A DNA stretch of 64,000 nucleotides from Candidatus Krumholzibacteriia bacterium (GTDB lineage Bacteria; Krumholzibacteriota; Krumholzibacteriia; Krumholzibacteriales; Krumholzibacteriaceae): NCBI GenBank assembly GCA_963836185.1, contig CAWIIQ010000001.1:1120001-1184000 (forward strand), given 5' to 3'. Positions 22,116 to 31,924 of the stretch are shown here, one piece after another (the stretch's first letter is position 1; each line of letters opens with the position of its first letter). Under the pieces are notes generated by a model, which saw nothing but the letters and a program-made list of their open reading frames with translations, did no database searches and was not told the DNA's origin. The position numbers were made by a program, and so were the translations under genes.

Positions 22116-22144
22116 GCCCGCCGCTTCGATGCGGCGGGTTTTTT
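22116..22144 (+). terminator. Rho-independent terminator
   Basis: GCCCGCCGC-TTCGAT-GCGGCGGGT-TTTTT. Confidence 0.8.
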
Positions 22145-22288
22145 ATATGCCTGCAAAAGAATGAGATAGCCGAAATGTGCACGGCTGCCATGCGGTAACA
22201 CAAATTTTATATTGATAACATCATGCGTCCAGTATATTATTCCGTGGTACTGAGCAGGAGCGTTTGGCTGAACCAGGGAAGGAACCGG

Positions 22289-23002
22289 ATGTCAGAAGAG
22301 ATCAGGATACTCGCGATAACTGCAGCATCGATAGGCTTCTTCCATACCCTTCTCGGTCCGGACCATTACCTGCCGTTCATCATGATGGCGCGGGCGGGGA
22401 AATGGTCATACTCAAAGACTGCCGTCGTGACCGTTCTCTGCGGCATAGGGCATGTGGCAAGTTCCATAGCTCTCGGTTTTGCCGGAATCTTCCTCGGTAC
22501 ACAGCTGTCAAAGCTCGAGGCGTTCGAATCGTTCCGCGGCGAGATCGCGGCCTGGCTCCTGATCGTATTCGGGCTGATATACTTCGTCTGGGGAGTTCGC
22601 CGAGCGGTCCTCAACAGGCCGCACAGGCACGTGCACGACCATAACGGAGGAGTCAGCCACGAGCATACTCACGACCATCACGACGAGCACGCGCACGCAC
22701 ATCTCGAGAAGAGCAGCCCGAACTACACACCCTGGGTCCTCTTCGTGATATTCGTCCTCGGCCCATGCGAGCCTCTCATCCCTATACTGATGTATCCCGC
22801 CGCCAGGCATGACATGGGGAGCGTTATCCTGATCGGCTCGATCTTCTCCGTCGTCACCGTGGCCACGATGCTTTCCGTTGTGATGCTTTCTCTGGCGGGA
22901 GTGAAGATGGTCAGGCTGGGATGGATGGAGAGGTATTCACACGCACTGGCAGGCGCGATCATCATGCTGAGCGGCCTGGGAATCCGCTTTCTCGGGCTCT
23001 GA
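22289..23002 (+). CDS. His-rich nickel/cobalt transporter (NiCoT/UreH-like)
   Basis: HTLLGPDH motif, His-rich loop HRHVHDH...HEHTHDHHDEHAHAH, and LGPCEPLIP. Confidence 0.8.
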   Translation: MSEEIRILAITAASIGFFHTLLGPDHYLPFIMMARAGKWSYSKTAVVTVLCGIGHVASSIALGFAGIFLGTQLSKLEAFESFRGEIAAWLLIVFGLIYFVWGVRRAVLNRPHRHVHDHNGGVSHEHTHDHHDEHAHAHLEKSSPNYTPWVLFVIFVLGPCEPLIPILMYPAARHDMGSVILIGSIFSVVTVATMLSVVMLSLAGVKMVRLGWMERYSHALAGAIIMLSGLGIRFLGL

Positions 23003-23880
23003 GCGTGCCGACCTGTGAGACGATGATCCCCAGCAGCATCAGCGCGCAGCCGGCCAGTCCCCTGGCCGGGATCACTTCACCAAGAAAGATCCATCCTCCG
23101 AGAGCGGCGAAGACCGTCTCGAGGCTCAGGATGATCGCCGCGTGAGCGGGAGGGGTCCTGCGCTGGGCAATGACCTGAAGCGTGTACGCTATTCCGACCG
23201 ACATCAGTCCGCCGTAGAGGATCGGGACGGCCGCGCTGATGATCCCGGCGATCTCGATAGTCTCGAATACCAGGGCTGCCGCGAAGCTGAGAAGTGAACA
23301 GGCGGCGAACTGGATCATCGAGAGGAGGACCCCGTCGGTCCTGTGGATCAGTACGCTTATCAGAAGCACGTGTATCGCCCAGAAAAGAGTTCCCCCGAGA
23401 ACGATCAGGTCGCCCTTCGATATAGAGAATACTCCGGTGAAGCTCAGAAGATAGAGCCCGATGGCGGCGAGAAGCACCCCGATCCAGGTCCCTGCCGAGG
23501 TCTTTCTGCCTATCGCCAGGCCGAGGATCGGAACAAGGACGACATACAGGCCTGTGATGAATCCTGACTTGCCGGCCGTTGTAAACTGGATGCCGATCTG
23601 CTGGAAAGAGACGCCGATGAAGATCACTGCTCCAGCGATGAGGCCGCCGAGAAGAGCTGTACTTTCTGGAGGTTCCATCATCCGTTTTCATAGACGCCCG
23701 CCGCCGCATGGCGGCTACGGCGAAAGGTATCAGGACAATGCTGCCGAGCGCGAATCTCACCGCATTGAAGGTGAACGGCCCCACATAACGCATTCCGACG
23801 CGCTGAGCGACAAACGAGAATCCCCAGATCACCGCCGAGAGGAGCAGGAGGCCTTCTGATCCAAGCTGGACCTTTTTCAT
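22962..23880 (-). CDS. DMT/EamA family transporter (frameshifted near 23680)
   Basis: IWGFSFVAQR.G...VGPFTFNAVRF, QQIGIQFTTAGKSGFITGLYV and AYTLQV.AQ...P.HAAIILSLE motifs. Confidence 0.88.
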
Positions 23881-23905
23881 CGATCCTCCCGGCTGGCGTG
23901 GACAA

Positions 23906-25048
23906 CTAGTGGTTGAAGGTGTATTTGTAATTACTGAACAGTGACCTCGTCTTGTGAAGATAGAAGTCGTGCGTTCCCGGCTGATAGTCGAGGTATTCGA
24001 ATCCTTCTGTCGACATCGGCTCGGCAGACTCTATCTGCGTTCCCTCGTGCCACTCGTTGAACGATGTGATGCCGATGAACGGGGGCTGGATCTTGATGGT
24101 CTCGACGAACATCGCGTAATAGTACTCTCCACGGTCGCGGTCGCGCCGGTTAACGGAATTCCACGGCCTGATGCGGGTGTCGTCATAGCCGGGGCCGATG
24201 CAGGGGATGAACAGGATCTCGTTATCGAGCGCCCATTCGGAAATCTTTTTCCAGTTCAAAGTAGTCGAGCCCCATGTAAATCCATCGATCGCGAAATAGT
24301 TGTAGCAGCCGTCGAAGCCTCCATCGAGGATAAAGTCGAGGTGCTGTTCTTCGACCAGCAGACCTATCACTATGGCATCGTGCGCCGTTCCCCTTATCGT
24401 GTTGTCGCCGCCGGGCGTCAGTACACTCTTCCACTCATCCTCATCGATCAGGTACGAATCGTAGATGAAGAACATCGGCTTTTTGCCGAACCGGTCGGTC
24501 CTGTAGAAGGCGGGGTGATCGCCGTATTCGTCGACTATATAAGCGATCGCGTCTCTGGTCGTTGCCGCCGTGCGGCCCTCGAAAGGCTCGATGTGGAAGT
24601 CGACCCTGAGCCCGTACTGCCATGCCGCGTCGAGGATGCCTGGGACCGCTTTATCAGAGAAACTGCCGGCTCCCCACCACGAGACGCAGATCACGCCGGC
24701 TCCCGCCAGCCGGATCTCGAAGCAGTGCCTCGCGACCGTCTCCGGATCGTTGGAACTGTAGCATCCGTTTCTCGGGAAGAAGTTCGAGCCGATATCGTTC
24801 CCGCCGGGGAACGATGAGTCCGTCTCGCTTCCGTCCCGCGCGAGGACGGCGTGGTTCCAGTGCCTGTACTCGCCGTCGAATTCGGGGGTTCCGTACCAGG
24901 CATAATAGAAGATATGGAAATCCATGCTTCTGGGCAGATATTCGGGGAGGCCCGAGATAGGCTCATCCAGTTTCTTGTCATTTCCGCCGCCGCAGCCGGC
25001 GGACAGGATTAGGAGCAGCGAAAGAAGTATGATTATCGAACCGCGCAT
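23906..25048 (-). CDS. Glycoside hydrolase family 99 (endo-alpha-1,2-mannosidase/mannanase) lipoprotein
   Basis: LSAGC lipobox; FYYAWYG, HWNH, YSSNDP, FHIEPF and PGYDDTRIRPWN motifs; catalytic TSFNEWHEGTQIE. Confidence 0.9.
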   Translation of the reverse strand: MRGSIIILLSLLLILSAGCGGGNDKKLDEPISGLPEYLPRSMDFHIFYYAWYGTPEFDGEYRHWNHAVLARDGSETDSSFPGGNDIGSNFFPRNGCYSSNDPETVARHCFEIRLAGAGVICVSWWGAGSFSDKAVPGILDAAWQYGLRVDFHIEPFEGRTAATTRDAIAYIVDEYGDHPAFYRTDRFGKKPMFFIYDSYLIDEDEWKSVLTPGGDNTIRGTAHDAIVIGLLVEEQHLDFILDGGFDGCYNYFAIDGFTWGSTTLNWKKISEWALDNEILFIPCIGPGYDDTRIRPWNSVNRRDRDRGEYYYAMFVETIKIQPPFIGITSFNEWHEGTQIESAEPMSTEGFEYLDYQPGTHDFYLHKTRSLFSNYKYTFNH

Positions 25049-25237
25049 GTCATCTTCTCCATGGAAACGGGTACTTGCCGCCTCAACCGGCCGGCCAATT
25101 ATACGTTACTGCACAATAATCAAGAAGTTCCCGCCCGTCAAGTGGATGAAAAGAGTCTTGATGGCTGGCGTGTATGGCATTTAGAATGGGGCCGGAGATA
25201 TAGTCCTCATACTGACTGTAACCATTCAGGAGAGATC

Positions 25238-26230
25238 GTGAAAGGATCGTTCAGAAGGACATTCGTCGAGTACTTCTTCATCACTGTCGGGGCGGTCATC
25301 ATGTCCCTTGGTGTCGGAGTATTTCTCATCGACGCGAAGGTCGTGCCCGGGGGGGTCACCGGCCTGTCTATGGCCGTTCACTACATGACGGGGAACACGA
25401 TCCCCGTCGGGATCCTCATGTGGGTGCTGAATATTCCCCTTTTCATATGGGGTATCATCGAACTGGGCAAGTCGTTCGGCTTCAGGACATTCTGGGGATT
25501 TACCGTGAACGCCTTTTTTGTCGATTTCTTCCGCGGCGACATAGTCAAGTCGATCCGCCTGCAGGACAGCGAGGCTGTCCGTTACCTTCTGGAGAACGAT
25601 TTCTTCTTTCTTGTCCTCATCGGGGCAGTATTCCTCGGCGTCGGCCTCGGGATAATCTTCAAGTTCAAGGGCACGACGGCGGGGAGCGATATCATCGCGG
25701 CGATCGCGAGGAAGCGCTGGAAATTCAAGCCGGGGATCACGATCATCGTCACCGATTTCTTCGTCATATGCTTCGCCGGACTGGCGATACATATAAAGGA
25801 CCTTTCTCCCGACACGCCAGTCATCGTCCTGATGCTATACTCGTTCCTGCTGCTGCTCATCTCCTCGCAGCTGATCGATGTGATCATTTTCGGATTCGAC
25901 TACGCGAAGTCGGCCTACATCATCTCCGACAAGCACGAAGAGATAGCGAGAGAGATCACGCTCGGGCTCGGAAGAGGGGCGACCGCCTTCCACGGGAAGG
26001 GGCTTTACAGGGGGGTAGAGAGAGACATCATATTCACGGTGGTCAGCCGCCGCGAGATATTCAGGCTCGTAGAAAGGGTCAGGAAGATCGATCCGGACGC
26101 CTTCATGATAATCAGCCGCGTACATGAAGTCCTCGGCGAAGGATTCATGCCGAGAGGCGAGGTCGACCTCGACAAACTGACGATGCTGAAAAAAGAAAAG
26201 CTGCAGCTGGAAGGGAAGAAAGACGCATGA
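25238..26230 (+). CDS. YitT family membrane protein (C-terminal DUF2179)
   Basis: PGGVTG, NIPLF, GTTAGSDI, RGAT..GKGLY and IDPDAF...EVLGEGF motifs. Confidence 0.88.
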   Translation: MKGSFRRTFVEYFFITVGAVIMSLGVGVFLIDAKVVPGGVTGLSMAVHYMTGNTIPVGILMWVLNIPLFIWGIIELGKSFGFRTFWGFTVNAFFVDFFRGDIVKSIRLQDSEAVRYLLENDFFFLVLIGAVFLGVGLGIIFKFKGTTAGSDIIAAIARKRWKFKPGITIIVTDFFVICFAGLAIHIKDLSPDTPVIVLMLYSFLLLLISSQLIDVIIFGFDYAKSAYIISDKHEEIAREITLGLGRGATAFHGKGLYRGVERDIIFTVVSRREIFRLVERVRKIDPDAFMIISRVHEVLGEGFMPRGEVDLDKLTMLKKEKLQLEGKKDA

Positions 26231-26710
26231 AAAGCTATCACCTCAGGCGCAGGGAGAAGGAGATCACGGATATCGATGAAATGCGGGCGATCGTATCGTC
26301 GGCACGATTCGCCGCCGTGGCCCTCTGCCGTGAAGGGGAACCGTATATCGTGACGATGAATCACGGCTGGGATGCCGGCAGCGATACGCTTTACTTTCAT
26401 TGCGCCCATGAAGGCAAGAAGATAGATTTCATCAATGCCAACCAGCGTGCCTGCGCGACAGTGGTCGAGGATCACGGCTACAAGCACGGTGAATGCGATC
26501 ATGCCTATCGCTCGGTCGTGATGAACGGCAGGATCGAAGTCGTTGAGCGACCTCGAAGAGAAAAAACACGGGCTCAAGGTGCTGCTCGAGCACCAGGAAA
26601 AGGAGCCAGATCCGATAAGAAAACGAACACTTCCCGATGACGCGGCCTATGACAGGGTCGGTGTCCTGAAGATGCGCATCGATGGGATGACGGGAAAACA
26701 GGGACTTTGA
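26227..26710 (+). CDS. Pyridoxamine 5'-phosphate oxidase-related (NimA-like) flavin-binding protein (frameshifted near 26550)
   Basis: LRRREKEI, EPYIV.M, LYFHCA.EGKK and YRSVV..G motifs; continues ...MTGKQGL* in another frame. Confidence 0.82.
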
Positions 26711-26733
26711 CGCGACAGGAGTAACCCGTGAAT

Positions 26734-27874
26734 ATGAAGAGGATCATTTTGGTGACAGTCGTCCTTTCGATAGTCTCCGGACTTTCGTGTCAGCCGACCG
26801 AAGACGCGGGAAAAGTGCCCAGGGCACTCTCCGATGAGGAGTTCGCCCGGCCCGAAGACGGGATCGATCCGTAACATCTATGACTGCGAAAGGCTTCCGG
26901 GCACCCCGGTCATCGACGGCAGGATCAGCGAGGAGGAGTGGAAAGGGTCGGACTGGACCGAGGATTTCGTCGATATCACGGGAAGCGGAGAGTACCCCTC
27001 GCTGCGAACGCAGGCAAGGATGGCGTGGGATGACGATTATCTCTACGTCGCGGCCAGGATGGAGGAGCCGCATGTGCAGGCGACGCTTACAGAGCACGAT
27101 GCTGTTATATGGCACGACAACGATTTCGAGATCTTTATCGATCCTGACGGCGACACGCATGAATACTACGAGATAGAGATCAACGCGGCGGGGACCGTCT
27201 TCGACCTGTTCCTCGTAAAACCGTACCGCGACGGCGGGCCGGCTCTCCATCACTGGGATGTAGCCGGGCTGAAGAAGGCCGTGGGCATCGAGGGTACCCT
27301 CAATGACCCGTCGGACAGCGACACGGGGTGGGAGGTCGAGATGGCGATACCGTGGGAGGTCCTGGCCGAGTGCGCCAACCGCGCCGCTCCTCCTTCTGAA
27401 GGCGATATCTGGAAGATCAATTTCTCCCGGGTCGAGTGGAAGACGGTCGTAGAGGGAGGGCGCTACGTCAAGGCTACCGATTCGGATACTGGAAAACCGT
27501 ACGCGGAGAGAAACTGGGTCTGGTCGCCACAGGGTATCGTGAACATGCACTATCCCGAGATGTGGGGATATGTCCGCTTCACAAATGCCGTCAGGGCATA
27601 TGGAGGAGGGGTCTACGTGCCCGGTCCGGACGAGGAAGCGTGGGACGCTCTTCGTGAACTCTACTACGCGGAGAAGACGTGGCAGCTCCGGTACGGGGAA
27701 TATACAGCAGACATCGGGGCACTGGGACTGGGCAACAGGGAGATATTCGATCACCGGTGGCCCCCGGTGCTCGAGGCTACCAGGAACAGGTTCGAGGCAA
27801 GACTGTATTCGGATGACGGCTCGGTCGCCAAGCAGATCGTAGAGGACGGCAGGACGAGAGTCCTGGAGGACTGA
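26734..27874 (+). CDS. CBM9-like sugar-binding lipoprotein (frameshifted near 26870)
   Basis: MKRIILV..LSC lipobox; PVIDG...EEW, WDDDYLY, DNDFEIFIDP, WEVEMAIPW, INFSRVEW and NWVWSPQG..NMHYPE.WG motifs. Confidence 0.8.
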
Positions 27875-27879
27875 TATCA

Positions 27880-28557
27880 ATGAATGAAGCGGTAGAGGCA
27901 TTTACCGTAGTGATCATAGTCGCGAACGGGATATTCTCCTTCCGGGGCTTCAAGAACAGGATCTTTCTCGAGAAGTACCTCTTTTACGTACGGGGCATCC
28001 TCGAGCGGAACGAATACTACAGGCTATTTACATCGGGCTTTCTTCACGCAAATATTCCTCACCTCGCCTTCAACATGCTCGCTCTTTATTCGTTCAGCCA
28101 GGGGATAGGCAGGGTAATAGGAATACTCGACTTCGTGATGGTTTATTTCGGGAGTCTCCTCGCCGGCAATATCCTCGCTCTACAGATCAACAGGAACAAT
28201 CCCGAATACAGGGCGCTCGGGGCATCGGGCGCCGTAAGCGGCGTGATATTCTCGAGTATCCTGATGTATCCCCACGGTTCGATCTCGTTTCTCTTCTTCC
28301 CGATAGCGATCCCGTCGTGGCTCTTCGGGATAGGATTTATTCTCGTGTCGATCTACGGGATAAGGACCGGGCTGGGGAACCTCGGTCACGAGGCGCATCT
28401 CGGCGGCGCGATAGCGGGCGTACTCATCTCAACGATGATCGAGCCGCGTCTTCTCTCGACGAGACTGTGGCTCGTAGCGGCGCTGGTCCTCCCGGCAGCC
28501 GCTTACCTCTATCTGCTGATAAAGAGGCCTGACATCGCGGGCAGAAGGAGGCGTTGA
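27880..28557 (+). CDS. Rhomboid intramembrane serine protease
   Basis: YYRLFTSGFLHA..HLAFNM, GASGAV and HEAHLGG motifs. Confidence 0.92.
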   Translation: MNEAVEAFTVVIIVANGIFSFRGFKNRIFLEKYLFYVRGILERNEYYRLFTSGFLHANIPHLAFNMLALYSFSQGIGRVIGILDFVMVYFGSLLAGNILALQINRNNPEYRALGASGAVSGVIFSSILMYPHGSISFLFFPIAIPSWLFGIGFILVSIYGIRTGLGNLGHEAHLGGAIAGVLISTMIEPRLLSTRLWLVAALVLPAAAYLYLLIKRPDIAGRRRR

Positions 28558-29486
28558 GCATCATGAAAAAAGTAGGGCTGGCGCTCGGGTCGGGAGCGGC
28601 AAGGGGACTGAGCCAGATCGGCATACTGCTCTGGCTCAAGGAGAACGGGATCGAGGTGAGCTGCATATCCGGCACATCGATAGGATCGGTAATAGGAGCG
28701 GCCATATCTTACGGTTACACACCGGAGTACCTGAGAGACCTCGTCCTCGGTATCAAGTGGATAGATATGCTGAAATACCTCAGGCCCTCGCTCAAGGGGG
28801 CGAGTTTTCTCGAGTGGAAGAAGATAGATGAATTCATGCAGGAAATCTTCGAGGAGAAAAAGATCGAGGAACTTAAGCTCCCGTTCGGGTGCATCGCGAC
28901 CGATATCGATACGGGCAACGAGTATGCCTTCAGGACAGGGCTGGTCACTGAGGCGCTGAGGGCGTCGGCCTGCATCCCGGCGGTCTTTCCCCCCGTCGAG
29001 ATGAACGGTATCCACCTCGTCGACGGCGCGGTGGTAAATCCCGTTCCGATCAACCTCGCCTTCGAGCTCGGCGCCGATGTAGTCATCGGCGTCAATGTCA
29101 ACCCCTCCATATTCACAGAGAGGATGACGTTTGGGGAGGAGTTGCCCGCTTCGAGAATGGACAGGGTCGACAACAGGCTGAAGGATATGCTGGACAGGAA
29201 CCCGCTCGTCAAGAGGGGGCTCATCGATACGAGGCGTCTCGAGGAGAAATACGAGCAGCACCGCAGAAAGCGGAGGATCATGGATGTAGTCACCGATACG
29301 GCTGCCATCACCGCGTCGAAGATGCTTTCGCTCGAACTGCTCGATACGGCCGGGCCGGTCTACCTGCTCAAGCCGGAAGTCGGCGGATACCAGGATTTCG
29401 ATTTCGACATGGCCGAAGATATTGTCAGACATGGCTACAGGGAAGCGGCGGAATCGGGCGATGAACTGCTCGAGTTCTGCGGATAA
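28554..29486 (+). CDS. Patatin-like phospholipase (RssA-like)
   Basis: LALGSGAARG, GTSIG and DGA motifs. Confidence 0.9.
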   Translation: MSIMKKVGLALGSGAARGLSQIGILLWLKENGIEVSCISGTSIGSVIGAAISYGYTPEYLRDLVLGIKWIDMLKYLRPSLKGASFLEWKKIDEFMQEIFEEKKIEELKLPFGCIATDIDTGNEYAFRTGLVTEALRASACIPAVFPPVEMNGIHLVDGAVVNPVPINLAFELGADVVIGVNVNPSIFTERMTFGEELPASRMDRVDNRLKDMLDRNPLVKRGLIDTRRLEEKYEQHRRKRRIMDVVTDTAAITASKMLSLELLDTAGPVYLLKPEVGGYQDFDFDMAEDIVRHGYREAAESGDELLEFCG

Positions 29487-29501
29487 CGGCCCGGGGGATC
29501 G

Positions 29502-31334
29502 ATGAAGCTTAAAAAGGAACTCGGACTTCTCGAAGTCTTCTGCCTCGCGAGCGGAGCGATGATAAGCTCGGGACTGTTCATCCTTCCCGGCATGGCCCAC
29601 GCACGCGCGGGCCCGGCTGTCATTGCGAGCTATTTCCTCGCCGCCCTTTTCGCCCTGACCGGCCTGCTCAGCCTGGCTGAGCTCGTATCGGCGATGCCCA
29701 AGGCGGGAGGGGACTATTTCTACGTCAAGCGCACGATGGGGCCAGCGATGGGGACGGTCGGCGGGCTGGTAACCTGGTTCTCACTGACCCTTAAGAGCGC
29801 ATTCGCCCTCGTTGGGATGGCCGCGTTTACAGCTTATATCGTCGACCTCGACGTGAGGATCATCGCGTTGTCACTGTGTGCCATATTCGTCATCCTGAAC
29901 CTCGTCGGGATCAAGGAAGCGGCCAGGGTGCAGGTCTTTCTCGTGGTCGGCCTGCTCGCCGCGCTCGTGGTATATGTCGTCAGGGGAGTACCCTCGGTCA
30001 CAGTAGAGAACCTCGCACCGTTCAGTCCTTACGGGCTTGGAGCGGTCCTCTCTACGGCCGGATTCGTATTCGTCTCATACGGCGGACTTCTCAAGGTCGC
30101 CAGCATCGCCGAAGAGGTAAGGGACCCTGGGCGCGTCGTGCCTCTCGGCATGATACTGTCGCTTCTGGTCGTCGGACTTCTCTACGTCGCGGTCGTTTTC
30201 GTCACCGCCGGTGTGATGGACGACGCGAAGCTGGATATCTCGATCACACCGATATCGGACGGCGCGGCCGTATTCCTCGGAAACAAGGGGCGGATCCTTC
30301 TGGGAATAGCGGCGATTTTCGCTTTCATCTCTACGGCCAACGCGGGGATCATGGCAGCATCGAGGTACCCGCTGGCGCTGAGCCGGGACGGGCTCATGCC
30401 GCGGTTGCTGAGCAGGGTCAACGCCCGGTTCAAGACCCCGCATTTCTCGATCCTCGTGACAGGGATCATGATGTCTGTATTCCTTTTCATGAAGCTCGAT
30501 ATGCTGGTAAAGGCCGCATCTGCCGTGATGATCCTTACGTATTCCTTTTCCTGTGTGTCGATTATCATACTGAGGGAGAGCAGAATACAGAACTATCAGC
30601 CGGTATTCAGATCTCCGCTCTATCCGTGGGTTCAGATCGCGGGCCTCGCCGGATCGGCGTTTCTTCTTATAGGAATGGGGAGGGCGGTATTGTTAACTGC
30701 CGCTGCTGCAATCATCTTCGGGTTCGTCGTCTACTGGGTATACGGGAGGATAAGGTCGGTAAGGGAGTTCGCTCTGCTCCATATCATCGAGAGGATTACG
30801 GCCAAGGAACTGACGACACGCTCCCTCGAATCGGAGCTCAAGGAGATAATCCGCGAGCGCGACGATATCGTTAAGGACCGTTTCGATAATCTCATCGAGA
30901 ATGCGATCGTCATGGATGTGCCCGGCCCGCTGAAGGCGGCTGAGTTCTTCGCCATGGTCGCAGACGAGATGGCCGACAGGCTCGGCATCGAAAAGGCGAT
31001 AATGATGAAGCTTCTCCACGACAGGGAGAAAGACAGCAGCACGGTCCTTACTCCATGCCTTGCCATACCGCATATAGTGGTCGGTGGAGAGAAGAGGTTC
31101 GAGATACTTCTCGCCAGATGTGCAGATGGCGTCGAGTTCTCGGAAGCGGCGCCGAACATCAGGGCGATCTTCGTGCTCGCCGGCTCGCGAGACGAAAGGA
31201 ACTTCCACCTGCGTGCCTTGGCGGGGCTCGCGCAGATCGTACAGGACGTGCATTTCGAGGAAAAATGGCTGAAGGCGAAGGGCAGGGAGGACCTCAGGGA
31301 CCTGATACTGCTCGGAAAGAGAAGAAGGCAATGA
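29502..31334 (+). CDS. APC-family permease fused to a C-terminal PTS EIIA(Fru/Mtl/Ntr-type) domain
   Basis: GAMISSGLF, AEL..AMPKAGG.Y and AEEVRDP motifs; C-terminal REKDSST...LAIPH...HLRALA. Confidence 0.88.
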   Translation: MKLKKELGLLEVFCLASGAMISSGLFILPGMAHARAGPAVIASYFLAALFALTGLLSLAELVSAMPKAGGDYFYVKRTMGPAMGTVGGLVTWFSLTLKSAFALVGMAAFTAYIVDLDVRIIALSLCAIFVILNLVGIKEAARVQVFLVVGLLAALVVYVVRGVPSVTVENLAPFSPYGLGAVLSTAGFVFVSYGGLLKVASIAEEVRDPGRVVPLGMILSLLVVGLLYVAVVFVTAGVMDDAKLDISITPISDGAAVFLGNKGRILLGIAAIFAFISTANAGIMAASRYPLALSRDGLMPRLLSRVNARFKTPHFSILVTGIMMSVFLFMKLDMLVKAASAVMILTYSFSCVSIIILRESRIQNYQPVFRSPLYPWVQIAGLAGSAFLLIGMGRAVLLTAAAAIIFGFVVYWVYGRIRSVREFALLHIIERITAKELTTRSLESELKEIIRERDDIVKDRFDNLIENAIVMDVPGPLKAAEFFAMVADEMADRLGIEKAIMMKLLHDREKDSSTVLTPCLAIPHIVVGGEKRFEILLARCADGVEFSEAAPNIRAIFVLAGSRDERNFHLRALAGLAQIVQDVHFEEKWLKAKGREDLRDLILLGKRRRQ

Positions 31335-31924
31335 TCGGAAAAGAGGCCCTGGAAAGACTTCTGGAAGGGAACAGGAGATACCTCGCAGGCGAGTGCGCCG
31401 GAGAGGAACGTCACCGGGAGAGAAGGGCTGAGACGGTCTGCGGCCAGGACCCATACGCGATAATCCTCGGCTGTTCGGATTCGCGGGTACCTCCCGAGAT
31501 CATCTTCGACAGCGGTATCGGCGATCTATTTGTCGTGCGTGTTGCCGGTGAGGTAGCGGGGGACCAGGTCCTCGGTTCGATCGAGTACGCAGCTTCCCAT
31601 CTTCACACCCCACTGCTGCTCGTGCTCGGGCATACGAACTGCGGCGCCGTGACGGCAGCCGTCGCCGGCGCCGAGGAGGAGGGGCACATCGGCTCCGTCC
31701 TCTGCGAGCTGTGCGAGGCAGTCGAGGCATCGGAGAACGCCTGCACTGAGGACACGGACGAAGACGGGCGCGTACTGGCGGCGGTTATCGAGAACGCGCT
31801 GATGATAGCGCGCAGGCTGCGCGCATCCGAACCTGTCCTGAAGAAACTCGTAGATGACGGCTCGCTGCTCGTGGAAGCGGCACTCTATGACATAAAGACG
31901 GGGGTCGTCTCGATAATCACCTGA
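31331..31924 (+). CDS. Beta-class carbonic anhydrase
   Basis: AL.RL.EGN.RY, CSDSRV, GDLFVVRVAG and HTNCGAV Zn ligands; ATGA overlap with the permease. Confidence 0.92.
   Translation: MIGKEALERLLEGNRRYLAGECAGEERHRERRAETVCGQDPYAIILGCSDSRVPPEIIFDSGIGDLFVVRVAGEVAGDQVLGSIEYAASHLHTPLLLVLGHTNCGAVTAAVAGAEEEGHIGSVLCELCEAVEASENACTEDTDEDGRVLAAVIENALMIARRLRASEPVLKKLVDDGSLLVEAALYDIKTGVVSIIT

Noticed and set aside
22170-22225. NikR operator before the Ni/Co transporter
   Set aside because: Only a GTAACAC half-site is visible, with no convincing symmetric partner.
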